DNA of 64,000 nucleotides, taken from the NCBI RefSeq assembly GCF_009914755.1, contig NC_060935.1. The stretch is one strand, 5' to 3'. Both the position numbers and the translations under genes were made by a program. This document shows, one piece after another, positions 39,133 through 51,559 of this stretch; positions within the stretch are counted from its first letter, which is position 1; each line of letters starts with the position of its first letter. Origin of the DNA: the human T2T-CHM13v2.0 reference genome, Homo sapiens. The notes beneath the pieces are model-generated. The model was given only the letters and a program-made list of their open reading frames with translations, was not told the DNA's origin and searched no databases.

Positions 39133-42109
39133 CTATACCAACAAAATTATAAAGGCTTCAAGAGCAGTTCTGTGTACTCGACATATTAACTTCTGTATTT
39201 GGCAAATAGTAAGAGACCACGATACTTTAATTCATTGACTGATGCATACTCCTGGTCACGAGTAAGGTTTTCCCAGTGCAGGTCTGTGTTAAACCTTGTT
39301 CGGGCTTTGTTCATAGGAATAAATTACTTTGGGTAGCAGTTTACACTGGTTGGGGGAAGCAAATGACTATGTCCAGACCTCGTGCTTGTCATTGTCAAAT
39401 AATGTTTGTGTGTGTATGATTAGATGAGAGCAAGCATAGGATTCATCAACAATTATTGAAACACCTTCTAAAGTCTCATCTGTTTTAAAATATCTACTTC
39501 AACAACATAAAAAGGACTCATTAGTCTACCTCCAAATCTTTCTGATATTCATCAACTTCTTCAACCCCTCCCCCTCGATGAATTTCATGGGGCTGTTATT
39601 CACATCCCTTACCACTTCCTAAAGTTCTTGGATCTCCAGCCCTCCTGGTCACTATCTTCCTTTTTCTGGTAGCAGAACTGCTCCCCTCCTCCAGAGTGCT
39701 CCTGATCAAGAAGAGTGGGTATGCATCTTCCCTTTAAGAATGGGATCCTCTTGGCGTGGAGCTCTCTCTGGAAATCCCTTAGGCAGATGGGGTCTGGATG
39801 TTCTGGAAGTGTTCTTTATCACCTTGGATACCCACTAATATCTTAAACTTGTCTCCTTGAATGGCTCTTGCTACCCTCTCCTACTGGCTGTTCCATCACA
39901 GCCCCAGGGCTCACTTACATTTCAAAATAGTTCCCAATATTCACATTTACCATCTGGTCCTAGAAGGTCTCTCCTCAACAAATAGACCCATTTGCAATTA
40001 GACTGCAGTCTTATGCTCTCAAAAGCAGTGTCTCCAAGGAGTTCTCAGGGAGAGCTGCAGTACCATACAGCTTTAAAATAATGAAATTCTCCTAAGCCTC
40101 CATAATTTCTTTAGAAAATCAAGCCTACATTATGCCACATGTTATAACACTCTAGACTGGCCCCTCATCACCAGGATGCTGTGCCCTGGTATGGTAGTAG
40201 AGAGTCCTTCACCTCTTTAGCATCTGTGGTCAGATGCAGCAAAGTACCACATTCCTTTTCACCTGCTCCCCACAGGTTGCAAGAAATATGTACACATTGG
40301 CTGCCTGGAACACAAATAGGCATCTCAAAGCTTCCTACAGTTAATACACAAATTAAAATTTTATAATGACCCTGGCTACAGTTATATTTCTCTATTATCA
40401 CTTGAACCTGCCTTTTTTCCAAAGCAGTTGTATATTTTAGGTTTTGTACTATATTTACAAAGTATGGGGACTTAAGGAAATATGCCCTAAATAAAGCACT
40501 ATCCGAAAATTTCTTACCTACATTTCTATCCATGATGCTCAGAGAACAGTATTCAGTTTATGAAAACAACAATCTCCTTATGAAAGATAGCACCAGATGC
40601 TGCTTAGGCTGCAGAATTTGCAGCTGTGTGTTAGTGTTCACTAGCTCGTGACTGGTTTGTCACTTCTCTATGGCTTTCCCCTCTCCTGGGAGTGTGAGAA
40701 GTGGGAGAGCATTGCAGCTGTTTTATCTCCAGCGCTCTGTGGAAGGAACTCAATGACTGCTGCTGCATTCAGAGGTTGCATATCAGCTGCACCGCTGAGC
40801 AGCTGGAAATGAAGCTGATGAAAATTTTGGCTATGGTTATTCTACACGTTACGGGTCTTCAAGACCTGAGTCTTTTCAGAAAACATGAGTGGAATACAAA
40901 TAGTTGACATCACACATACACCTCTTGCAATCTTTCAACACTGCTTTCAAAGCAAAAAAATTCCACTTCACAGGAATATGAAGCTGCCAAGTGTGAAGCC
41001 TGGTGTTCTCATTTGCATATCAATCCCAGAATGCTTTTCCAGCCTCAGCCTTTCTGAGCTTGAAGTTTTAGGCAGAATAAAAGAAAAGGCTCAGGTGTCC
41101 CTGTACTTTTCGAGTTTTGTGTAAATTGTATCTATGATAGACAAACAAGAGAAGTAGGGATTTTTCCCTTTGTCCCAAGCTTAGAGTGACTTCAAATGAA
41201 AAATGAGAGTTTGGAACAAGTAGAAATAGCATCATATTCACTCATCACCATTTGAAGTAACATTTCAGTGGTTGGATTCTAGTTACCTCCAATCTGTTTT
41301 TATCTCTCATTTCAGTTGCATACATTATAGATTCAGAGATATTGAGAACTGGAAAGGTCTCTACAGATAATCTAATTTAAAGTGTTCCCCTGTCAATGGG
41401 TCACCATCATCTGTGTAATCCTAAGCCAGTTACTGCCACCAGCTCTGCTCTCCAATGAGTATACTGTTAATATTTACCTCCAAAGACAGCTGGAGTGACA
41501 GTACAATCAGCAGGGGCTACATCTCACTGACAATGGTCATTGCTCAGTGACCAGGGAGTATTTTTGACCATTCCACCACAACCACCTGCTTCATGAATGT
41601 ATAGCTTTAGAGCCATGCAATGTCTACATCTTCAAAAAAAATGAAAAGTACAATTTTCTTGATCTTGACTGTTACTTTGAAGGGAAGAAAACTGAGGCCA
41701 GAATGAGTAAGGTTTTCTCAAGGTTTTGTGGAAAGTTGGAAGCAGGGTCAAGATGTAAACCTAGGTCTCTGACTCTTAGTTAAGAGTTATTCTGCACTCC
41801 ACACAAGGTGTGCCAGTCACTGCCTCAGGCCTTGAGACACAGCATTGACCAAGAAAAAATTGAGACTTCTACCTTCAGAGAGCTTATACTCCAGCAGCAA
41901 ATAAAGACATTAGTTACAAGCAGTCACGATCAGTGGTGAATCACATTATCATAGTTGAAATAAGTTGTGCCTTTTTGTCCTCCAACTTCCAGGTAGGAAA
42001 GAAAAAATTCCCCTGCGTTTATTCTTCTTATGGACATCTAGATAAAGTGTCCAGTTAGTGAAATACAATCCTAGTGACTCAAGTGCCAAGACAGACAAGG
42101 ATTTTTAGG

Positions 42110-42820
42110 GCATTTAATTGATTGCTTAATTAATGCAGTTGCTTAGGAACCTATTATTTGTCACACACTGTATTAGGCATCAGGAATTCAAAGATAAGAA
42201 AGATAAGATCTCTACCTTAGAAGGAACAGAGCACAGTGAGTCACATAAGTGAATGGATACTAAGGATGCCATGTCATGAATGCTGTAGGAAGTAAAGGTT
42301 TTTAGAGAATGCTATGACAGCACAAATGAAAGATCAATCCAGAAGGTGAGGGCAGAGAGGACAAAGAAGACTTTGTGAGTTAGTGACATTCAGCTGGACA
42401 TTGGAAGACATGAAATGGAGTATTGTGTGTGAGCCAGACTACACATCAGAACAAGAGCACAAACTGTGGCTGCATGAACATCATTCATGACTCTCAGTTT
42501 TGGTCTGCATTCTACTGTATTAAATCTAATTCTACATATTCCCCAAGCAAGCAACAGATACCAGAGGAATGACCTCTTCTCAAAGACCTACGCCATAGTC
42601 TAGCACAGTAGTTAGAGGAGTACACCCTGAAACCAGACATCCTGGGTTTCTAGCTTTGAGTTTTTTTAGTTTTGTGACTTAAAATTTTTGTTTCCTATTT
42701 TCCTCATCTTTAAAATGGGCACAGTAAAATAATAAGGTTTGTATTAAGGTTAAATGAATTGATGATATGAAGTACTTAGCTCCTAGCACATACTCAATAC
42801 ATGTTAGCTTTTATTGCTTG
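42110..42820. mobile_element. L2 (minus) followed by MIR (plus) relics
   Basis: L2 3' end (CCTATTATTTGTCACACACTGTATTAGGCA); MIR core TTTCCTCATCTTTAAAATGGG at ~42700. Confidence 0.6.
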
Positions 42821-43406
42821 GAACCATGGTGAGAATTACTAGTCTTGAATGCTTTTGGCTCCTGTTCACAGAGGTATGTACTGCAATGTCTTCTTTCAGG
42901 TGCCTTAAACGAAAAAGCACTATTGTGGAGATCTTGGGGCTGTCAATCTATACTGTTGGGGAAATGGGATAAATTTTCCTTGTTTCTTAAAAACTGCATG
43001 CCTCTAGTTCCCTGGGATGGGGCCAGCAGGGATAGGAATGTGTTTTTCCTTTTCCACATTTCTAGTTGTGTTCACTGTTTTTACCAACATCTATTTACTC
43101 TGACTAAGATTTGTGGGCAGGTTGGAAAAGTCATCAGAGGGAAATCTGGTAAATGACAGGTGTCATATAGTACTTGTTAGCCCTGCTCAGTTTAAAGGCA
43201 GCATTGAGGCTCTCCTACATCCTTTCTTCCATCCCAACCCCTCCAAAATAAGTTTTTGTTTTGTTTAGTCTGTAGTATTCTTCTCACACATTTTACCATC
43301 TTCAGTCTATAGAAAGTAAGATGATTTCTTTCAGTCTATGAGAGCCCTGGATTCCTATTTGGCCACATAAACAGAAGTGTTGCTGTCCAAAGCCTGACTT
43401 GGGGCA

Positions 43407-44133
43407 TGTCTTAGTCAGTTTTGGCTACTATAACAGAATACCATCAATTGGGTGACTTAAACAGGAAACATTTATTTCTCATGGTTCTGGAGACTGGGAA
43501 GTCCATGATGAATGTGCTAGTTGATTTGGTGTCTAGTGAGGGCTCTTGTCCTAGTTGGTAGAAGGATGCTTCTTTGCTGTGTCCTCACATGGCAGAGGGG
43601 GAGAGATCATCTTTCTCATGTCTCTTATAAGGTGTCATGGACTGAATGACTGTGTCTCCCCCAAATTCATATGTTGAAGCCCAATACTCAATGTGATGGT
43701 ATTAGGAGGTGGGGCCTTTTGGAGGTAATTAGGTCACGAGGGTGGGGCTCTCATAAATGGGATTAGTGCCCTTATAAGGAGAGACAAGGAAGAGATAATC
43801 TCTATTTTTGCCATGTGAGGAAACAGCAAGAAGGCATTTATCTGTAAATCAGAAAGAAGCCTCCTACCAGGAACTAAATTGGTACCTTAATCTTGGACTT
43901 TCCAGCTTCCAGAACTAGAATTGTGAGAAATAAATTTCTTTTAAGTCACCCAGTCTATGGTACTATTATTATAGCAAATCAAAATGACTAAGACATAAGG
44001 GCATGTATCCCATTCATGAGGGCTCCATAATCATGACCTAATCACCTCTCAAAGGGCCCACTTTCAAATATGATCACACTGGGGATTAGAACTTTAACAT
44101 GTGAAATTTGGAGGAACACAAACAGTCATCACA
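43407..44133 (-). mobile_element. MaLR solo LTR (MLT1A/MST-type), outer element
   Basis: TG...CA termini; perfect TSD GGGCA (43402-43406, 44134-44138). Confidence 0.88.
43633..43995 (+). mobile_element. MaLR solo LTR (MLT1A/MSTD-type) nested in opposite orientation
   Basis: TGTCATGGACTGAATG...CCCCCAAATTCATATGTTGAAG ... GACTAAGACA; perfect TSD TAAGG (43628-43632, 43996-44000). Confidence 0.92.
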
Positions 44134-45143
44134 GGGCAGTTTTCCCGGACTGGCCTCTTCTACCTGGGAACCATACTCCTCACTCAGTTCCCTGTTTCAT
44201 TCCCTTTCCTCAGAGCTCCTACTATTCTCCCTTCCATACTGTCCTCAATATTACCATCCAATATATACACCCAAGATTTCAACTGACCAAAAACATACAT
44301 GTTATTAAATTATATTGACAATACCTACCTTACATAACATAATTTACATTCAATGAAGCTACATTTTACTTAATCATCAATTTTTGTTTCTCGTAAGCCC
44401 ATTTTTAACAGAAGTAATACAAACACACTTTTTACCAACAATAGTTTCCAGACATGACAACTAGACCCCTGACAATACAACCTTGATAAGTTGCCAACTC
44501 CCCCACACCCTTGGTCTCTAGCCATTGTCTCTTCTCAGACAAACTTTAACACAACCATTAGCCTTGCTACAAATTAAATGCTTGGTCCTGGTCATTTGTG
44601 GAATTATTCCAAATAAATATATAATGTCAACGATTGAATTTTTACTCTTTCATAAGCATTTTAAGCTATCTTCATTAAAGAAAGATTGGTTGACTATGAA
44701 AATACTGACAGCTTAACACATCTGCATTTCATCAGTAATACAGAGACACAATATTCCTAAGAATATATTCTATCTGGAGAGATAACCTTGCTTTGTGCTT
44801 TAGCAAAAGGTGACTTGCTTCTTTTCCTTGAAATGGTGAGTGCTATCTCACAGAAAAATTGCAACTGTTCATACAAGATGAGTTTTGAAGAGGGAGCTTC
44901 TTTGAAATGGTGATGAATCACATAGCAGGTAGGAAAAATGATTAAAGGACTCAAAATAATTTTGAAACTCCTTAAACCTAGTAGTTCTCATAAGATGTTT
45001 GACACCACGTTTTGTTGGACAAATAAACAACTTCAGCATTCAATGTTGTTCTTCCATTTTTTAAAGATGACTTCGAACCTTTACCTTACTAACTTTTCCA
45101 AGTAGAGGATGAGACCCACTGTTGGCCTGTGAAGCCAGAGATC

Positions 45144-45183
45144 ACACACACATGCAGACACACACACACACACACACACACAT
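45144..45183. repeat. (CA)n microsatellite
   Basis: Interrupted CA run. Confidence 0.9.
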
Positions 45184-46812
45184 GCAAAGGGATATGGATA
45201 CGTTTAAAAGAAAACCAGATGATGAACTCTAGCACATAAGCCACTGGATTCCTGAGGCTTGATTTCTCCTACTCATCTTATTCTTATGTCTTGAGAGTTC
45301 CATTTTCTGACTTTCAGATCTATTGCTTCATGAAGTCCCTGGCACAGGATTTTTCAGAAGCTCTCTGACTTTTGTGCCTCCCAGTTCTGACATAAAATTA
45401 CAATCAAGGTACATGTTTAGGCAATGGATTCACCTTATGAATTTTAAGACACGTCTGGAGAACAAAGATGTACAATAGCCACATGTCGAGGGTATGTACT
45501 GAGGAAGGGAACTGCACACAGGACCAGAACATGCACCCCCTGTGCCTCTGGGCCCACTCTGGGTTTTACTTCTTGTCTAACATTAGACTAGTTGATTCAT
45601 GCCTTCATTGTAGGTGATTTTGTTCAATAAGAGGAAAACATTCAGTGTCCTTCACTTCCAAGACCAGTTCCACCACAAAACAACTAGTGAGAACTTAACT
45701 TCTGAAAGTTGTTAAATATTGCAATGGGGTTGTCATTTATTGAGATGTGGTTAATTACATATACTTAGGTAGAGTCAGGAATTTTTTGATGAGTTTATAA
45801 ACTTCATAAAGTATGGTTAGTTAACAGTTTGTTTTTATTTAATTCTCCCAATAAAAGTCCTTGCAACATGAAAAGGAAAAAAAAAGGCAGGAATTGTGTC
45901 ACAAAATTTATGGATTTAGTCAAATTGAATCCTGAAGGCAATATATCTATATTAATATTTGACAGCACATTACTGAGAATTTCCAAAGTCTAAGGATATG
46001 AGCTGGGTTTATCCACCCCTCTTTAATTTTTACGACTCCTATGTCATTACTAGCTCACTGAAATATTAATTAATCAGAGACCAATATATTGTTATGGTTC
46101 ATTGAATTTTCCAGTTAATTGCGGGTTAACTAGAAAATGGTTTGTGTTTCAAACTTTATTGAAATTCTTACTACAATGCCCGATTTTATGACATAATACA
46201 GAACCCTTTATTCATTATTCAACAAATAGTGGTTGAGGGCTTGCTGTCCTGTGAATCAGTACTGAACACTAGAGACACAGACCCAAGAGACTTGGCCACC
46301 CAGGAGTCAGGAAGGATGACTCACCATTGCAATGAGTGGGCCACAGAGTCTGGGCTATGTGACCTGCAGTTTATGCAAGGGCATCCCAGAGGAGAGGCGT
46401 CCACACGGCCCGAAAACTAAGGGAGGGTGAGTCCCGCAGGAATGAAGGACCTTCCAGAGATAGGAAAATGCCATGTGTGAGGCATAATTGTATTCAGGGA
46501 CCTATGAATAATTCAGCATGCATGGAGTATGGTAAGAATGGGAAATAGTGAAAGGTGAGAGTGGAAGGTTATGCTAAAGACCATGGACAAGGATCCTTGT
46601 CTTGTAAGCAAGGAAATAATATAATACATTGTGTATCTCAGAAAGGTCTCTTAGGCAGGCTTGTAGGGGGCTGATTAGGAAGGGAGAGGGGAAAAGCTAA
46701 AAGCAGGGAGATGAATTGGAAGAATGTGGTGGCAATTTGGGTAAATGTTATGAGGCTCTGTACTGGCTAGTGATAGAAAGGAAAGGTAAGATAGGAAAAT
46801 ACCTCTTTTAGA

Positions 46813-46981
46813 TCAGTGATTTTCAGTGTGATCCCATGAACAGTAACATTAGCATCACCTGTGAACTTGTGAGACCTGCAAATTGGAGACCTACTGAATC
46901 AGATCTCCAGGGCTGGAGCCAAACACACTGATTTAACAAGCCTTCCAGGTGATTCTTATTCTAAAGTTTGTGAGCCACTGC
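46813..46981 (+). mobile_element. MER5A
   Basis: CAGTGATTTTC...AGCATCACCTGTGAACTTGT...TTAACAAGCCTTCCAGGTGATTCT...GAGCCACTG. Confidence 0.8.
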
Positions 46982-47632
46982 AATACATTGATTTATAAGA
47001 TTTTCTAACTCATTTGATGTTAGGAGAAGAACAGGATGAAGGACGCCACGTAGATGTCTTTAGTATCTGGTTAAATGTTTAGCAAATTGTACCATGGATG
47101 ACTCAGGGTCTCAGAGTCATTGTTTGACACATTACTTAGGATTTTTATGGGAACAGGGATAATTTACAGATATATATATACATCCTACTATTGCTTCTCA
47201 AATGAACCCCAACAGCTTTTGTCTGCAGTATTGTACTAATGACCTCTCCATGCTGAATCCAACAGTTATTTCTAAATGGCCAAATGTGCTTTTTAAAAAT
47301 GTCTATTTATTTTCAGGACTTCTATATCAGTGACACAGATAGCTCAGTCAAATTAAGATAGTTCAAGGAGAGTCTATTTACAAAGAGACAACTTACCAAG
47401 GCGCAAGTGTGGCGTAGAGGAAGAACAGGTGATAGGGCAGGAATTTGGGGCCATCAGGAATAGAACTTTCACCACCTTTGAAAAGATGAGGGCAGGAAAA
47501 AAATTCCTCTGAAATTCCAGAGGAAACAGAGTCATACACTGCAGGACAACTGGGGAGGAGCAGTGGCTTTCTGGTCACAACCAGGCTGAGGCAATTGTAC
47601 AGGGAAGGAATCGTGAATACATTCCCTAACCT

Positions 47633-47793
47633 AATAGTTCTCAAAATGTTGCCTCCAGACCAGCAACATCACCTGAGAACTTGTTAGAAATGCAAATCCA
47701 CAAGTCTTATCCAATAATTAGATAAGAATCAGAAACTGGGGGTGGGGCTTAGTACTTTAACAACCCTTGCAGGTGATTTTAAAGAGCCACTGA
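47633..47793 (+). mobile_element. MER5A
   Basis: AGTTCTCAAAATG...CATCACCTGAGAACTTGTTAGAAATGCAAAT...AGAGCCACTG. Confidence 0.78.
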
Positions 47794-48039
47794 TTTAATC
47801 TCATTCCTTTCTTTCTAATCTTCTATTGGGGCTCCTTCCCACTGGCCAAACCCAAGCAGACAATGGACGGAATGGAAATCAGTTTCATTAAGATCAGCCT
47901 TCTTGGAGACAGCCAGGTGGAAAACGCTGAAGAAAGCACCTGGCCAGGCAAATGCATGACACTTTAGCACAACCTCACATAAATCAGTTTTCTGCAACCT
48001 CACTGGCTGCTCCTGCTGGTTTCTTGCTATTCTCCGACC

Positions 48040-48137
48040 TTCTTTTTTTTTTTTGAGACGGAGTCTCGCTCTGTCGCTGGGCTGGAGTGCAGTGGCGCCA
48101 TCTCGGCTCACTGCAGCCTCCGCCTCCTAGGTTCAAG
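48040..48137 (-). mobile_element. Heavily 5'-truncated Alu (last ~85 bp plus tail)
   Basis: T-tail, then GAGACGGAGTCTCGCTCTGTCGC...GGTTCAAG; imperfect TSD TCTC(C/T)GACCT. Confidence 0.88.
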
Positions 48138-48139
48138 GT

Positions 48140-50097
48140 CTCTGACCTCTTAATGAAAGATGCCCCAGGGCTCAATCTTTGAGCCTCTTTTCTGTCTACT
48201 CTCACTCCCTTTGTGATTTCCTCCAATCGCTTGGCTTTAAATGCAATCTCTTATATACCAACAAACTTTCAAATCACATCTCCATACCCTGGACTGGTAA
48301 ATCCAACTGTTGACTTGACTTTTCTACACACATGGTTAATAGGCACCTCTAACTTACCACGTCCAAAATTAAGCTCCAGATCTCCCCCTATAGCCAAACC
48401 TTGTCCTGCCACAATAGTCTCCATTTTAATTAAAGGCAACTCTATCAAACTTCTCTCAACCCCAAAACCTTAGAGTCATCTTTGATTCCATCCTGTCTCT
48501 CCCATCCTGCCTATCCGTAAACAAAATTTGGCAGTTCTATTTTTAAAAATATGTCTAGGATTTGGTCACTTGTTACCTTCCCTGCTGCTACTACAGTGTT
48601 CCCAGCCACTATCATCTCTTGACAGCATTACTGTTGCAATAACCACCTTCCAGTTTGTCTCCTAGCCTCTGCCCCTACCCACTTCAGTCTATTCTCAACA
48701 TAGCCAAAGTCGTTTACATATGAGACAAATCATGTCATTCCTTACCTCAAAATCATATGGAGATTTCATGTATCAGTCAAACAACATTATGCTGCAGTAT
48801 CAAAAATAGAAACAACGTTAGCTAACACCACAGATTTTTTCTTTCTTTCTCAGGCAATATGTTTAGTGTGGGTAATGAAGGGCTCTGCTAAACACAGTCA
48901 CTCAGCGAACTAGGGTAGTAGAGGCTCTGCCTTGACATGTACTTCCATCCTCTCTGTAATAGGGAGAAGGGGACTAGGCAATATGCAGTGACTCTTAAAG
49001 ATTTTACTCCCACCCAGACTTGACACATCTCACTTCCACTCTCATTTTAATGGCTAAAGTGAGGTACCGTGCTGTGCAACAAACCACCACAAAATATCAG
49101 TGCATGCAACAATAAGCATTTGTTTGTCATGCCTCTCCAGGCTGGCTGGGGGTCAAGTGATTTAGACTGGGCTAGACTAGGTGGTCTGCTTGAAGCTGCA
49201 TGTCCTCTGGGGCAGCTCTGCTCACCATGTTTCTCATCTTTCTCCTAGATTCAACAAGCTAGCCAAGACATGTTTTTTTGGGGGTGGTGGCAGAAATTCA
49301 AGAGAGAAAGCCCCACTGGGCAAGCATATCTCAAACCCTTGCATGCATCATGTGTACTTATATCCTGTTGTCCAAAGCAAGCCCCATGGCCAAAACTACA
49401 ACCAAGAGTCAGAGAACTATATTCTGTCTATAGTGAGGCCAGGCAAGGGTGTGAAAGCAAAGAAAGGGTGGAAGAATTGGAGCACTAACCCAGTCTCTCA
49501 CACATAGTCACACCTAACTTTAAGGGTGCAGGAAAATGTAATCCTCTATATGCATGGAAGGACAACTGAAAATATTTGTTGACCACCCCTTGAAATCTTT
49601 TGTGGTGAAAAATCAAAGTCCTTACAATGGCCTAAAAGTTTCAATAAAATATGTCTCCCATTAACTGCCTAACTTTATCTCCTACCATTCAATCTAGCTC
49701 ACATCATTCCAGCCCTTTACCAAGCAAGCTTCTACCTCAGGGCTTTTGCACTTACTGCTCCCTCTGCTTGGAACACTCTCTCTTTTTTTAAATAAAGATA
49801 TTTGCATGACTTTCACCTTATGTCTTTTGGGGCTTTTATTTTAGATGACCACCTTACAAAAATTGAATTATCCTCCTCTACTGATCCCCTTTCCCTGCTT
49901 TTATTTATCCATATCCTAAAAATATTTCCTTCTCACATACTATAGACATTTTACTTACTTGTATGCCTTCTGTCACTATAAGCTACACAAAGACTGGAAT
50001 TCTGTTGTGTTTTGTTCACTATCCACAGCACCTATAATTGTGCCTGGCACATAGAGGAGTAGGCATTTAGTAACATTTTCGTTGAATAAATGAATAC
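48140..50097 (+). mobile_element. L2 fragment interrupted by nested MLT1 LTRs
   Basis: L2 body (CAAAACCTTAGAGTCATCTTTGATTCC; CATGTCATTCCTTACCTCAAAA), resuming ~49590 to the L2 tail GTGCCTGGCACATAG...GTTGAATAAATGAAT. Confidence 0.75.
48770..49590 (-). mobile_element. MLT1J-like LTR containing a second old MLT1 LTR (~49062-49505)
   Basis: Outer TTATGCTGCAGTA...CACTTCCACTCTCATTTTAATGGC resumes TAGTCACACCTAACTTTAAGGG; inner GCTGTGCAACAAACCACCACAAAAT...GAATTGGAGC. Confidence 0.55.
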
Positions 50098-50312
50098 CCT
50101 GAAAATTGGTATTTTTCTCATCGGAAACAGTTATTGCCTTTATATTTTGAAAGTTGATTCTGATGCCTTCTAAATCCAATTCAGCCTATTTGGACTGGCT
50201 GGTCCCTCCACATTAACCTAGAACTTCTCATTTGGCAAAGGCACCTTTCTGGAATGAATGAGGAGATCTCAGAAAAAGACAGAATTTTATTGCTTTCACC
50301 ATCCTCTAAAGT

Positions 50313-50531
50313 CAGTGGTTCTCACATAGGTACGAATTTTTCTCCCCAGGGGATATTTGGCAATGTAGGGAGACATTTTTTGATTGTCACTAATGAGGGG
50401 GAAAGAGTGCTACTGGCATCTAGTAAGTGAAGGCCAAGGATGCTGCTAAACATCCTGTAATGCACAGGACAGCCCCACAACAAAGACTTTTCCAGTCCAA
50501 AATGTCAACAGCTCTGAGCTTGAGAAATCTG
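50313..50531 (+). mobile_element. MER20 hAT transposon
   Basis: CAGTGGTTCTCA...CCCCAGGGGATATTTGGCAATGT...TGCTACTGGCATCTAG...GGATGCTGCTAAACATCCT...TGAGAAATCTG. Confidence 0.9.
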
Positions 50532-51559
50532 TTCTAAGGGGAGTGCAGAGGTTCTGGTCTTGGCGGCTCTGAAAGTTGTTTCAGATAAATGTTTTATTAC
50601 TATCAGTGTTACACTATAAGTACTACACAGGCAAGAAGTGAGATGGGTTTATTCATTGGTGTGTGCTGAGCACCTTGTACAGTGCCTGAAACATAATGGG
50701 GTCTCAAAAATAATTGTTGAATGCATTAATGAACAGAGATGTCCTATTAAAACACTAAATATTATGTTGCATTATGCTGATTATTAAGCCTTGCTTCACT
50801 TCCTTTACTCTATTTTAAGATCTGATTTAGACCTATAATAGTCACGGCCCTGTGGCTTTCAGTCTGTTTTTAATTTCTACGAGAACAGAGAGGAAAATCA
50901 TATGAGTCTCAGTCTTGTGCAAAGGCTCATATATTCCACTAAAATGTCTGCAGGAGAAAAAAATGTTTCCTCCTATGGATAAAACAGGAAATGAGTTTGG
51001 TTCTTGTAGAAACTAATGTGGTGAACTTGAGGTATTGGAATTTAGAGAATTATTTTTAGTTTGTTTTTGAATCCATTTTGGGGTAAATAGTTGACCAAAA
51101 TATTTCCTTTTTTTGTTTGTTTCTTCTTCTTTTTTTTTTTAACTAATATACTTGCTGATTTCGTCTGGACTTTTTTTCATTGCAGGCTTTGGATGAGTGC
51201 AAGCTGTATTTCTCAGCAAAGCTAATTTGTTTACCGTTCCTTGTCAGGGTTTTCTGTAACTGTCAAGTGTCTTCATTTAGCCATGTTTGTACATGTGTGT
51301 ATATAGGGACAGGCAAATTGTAACATAAGCCTTCAGTTTTTATTTATGTAATGAACAAGATTATATTTAGTGTTCAGATAAGGTTTAAATGGGGGTTTCA
51401 GTTAATACCCAAAGTTATTTATTCCTATGTGTCAAGGGCAATCTTTCCCAGGAGACCCAGAAATTAACTTTTTTTTTTCTTTAAGAAAAAACCCAACCCT
51501 AGAACCTAGGATTTAGTAAAACACAGTGAAAGTCTGAAGAAAACTATGGATTCTCCTGT

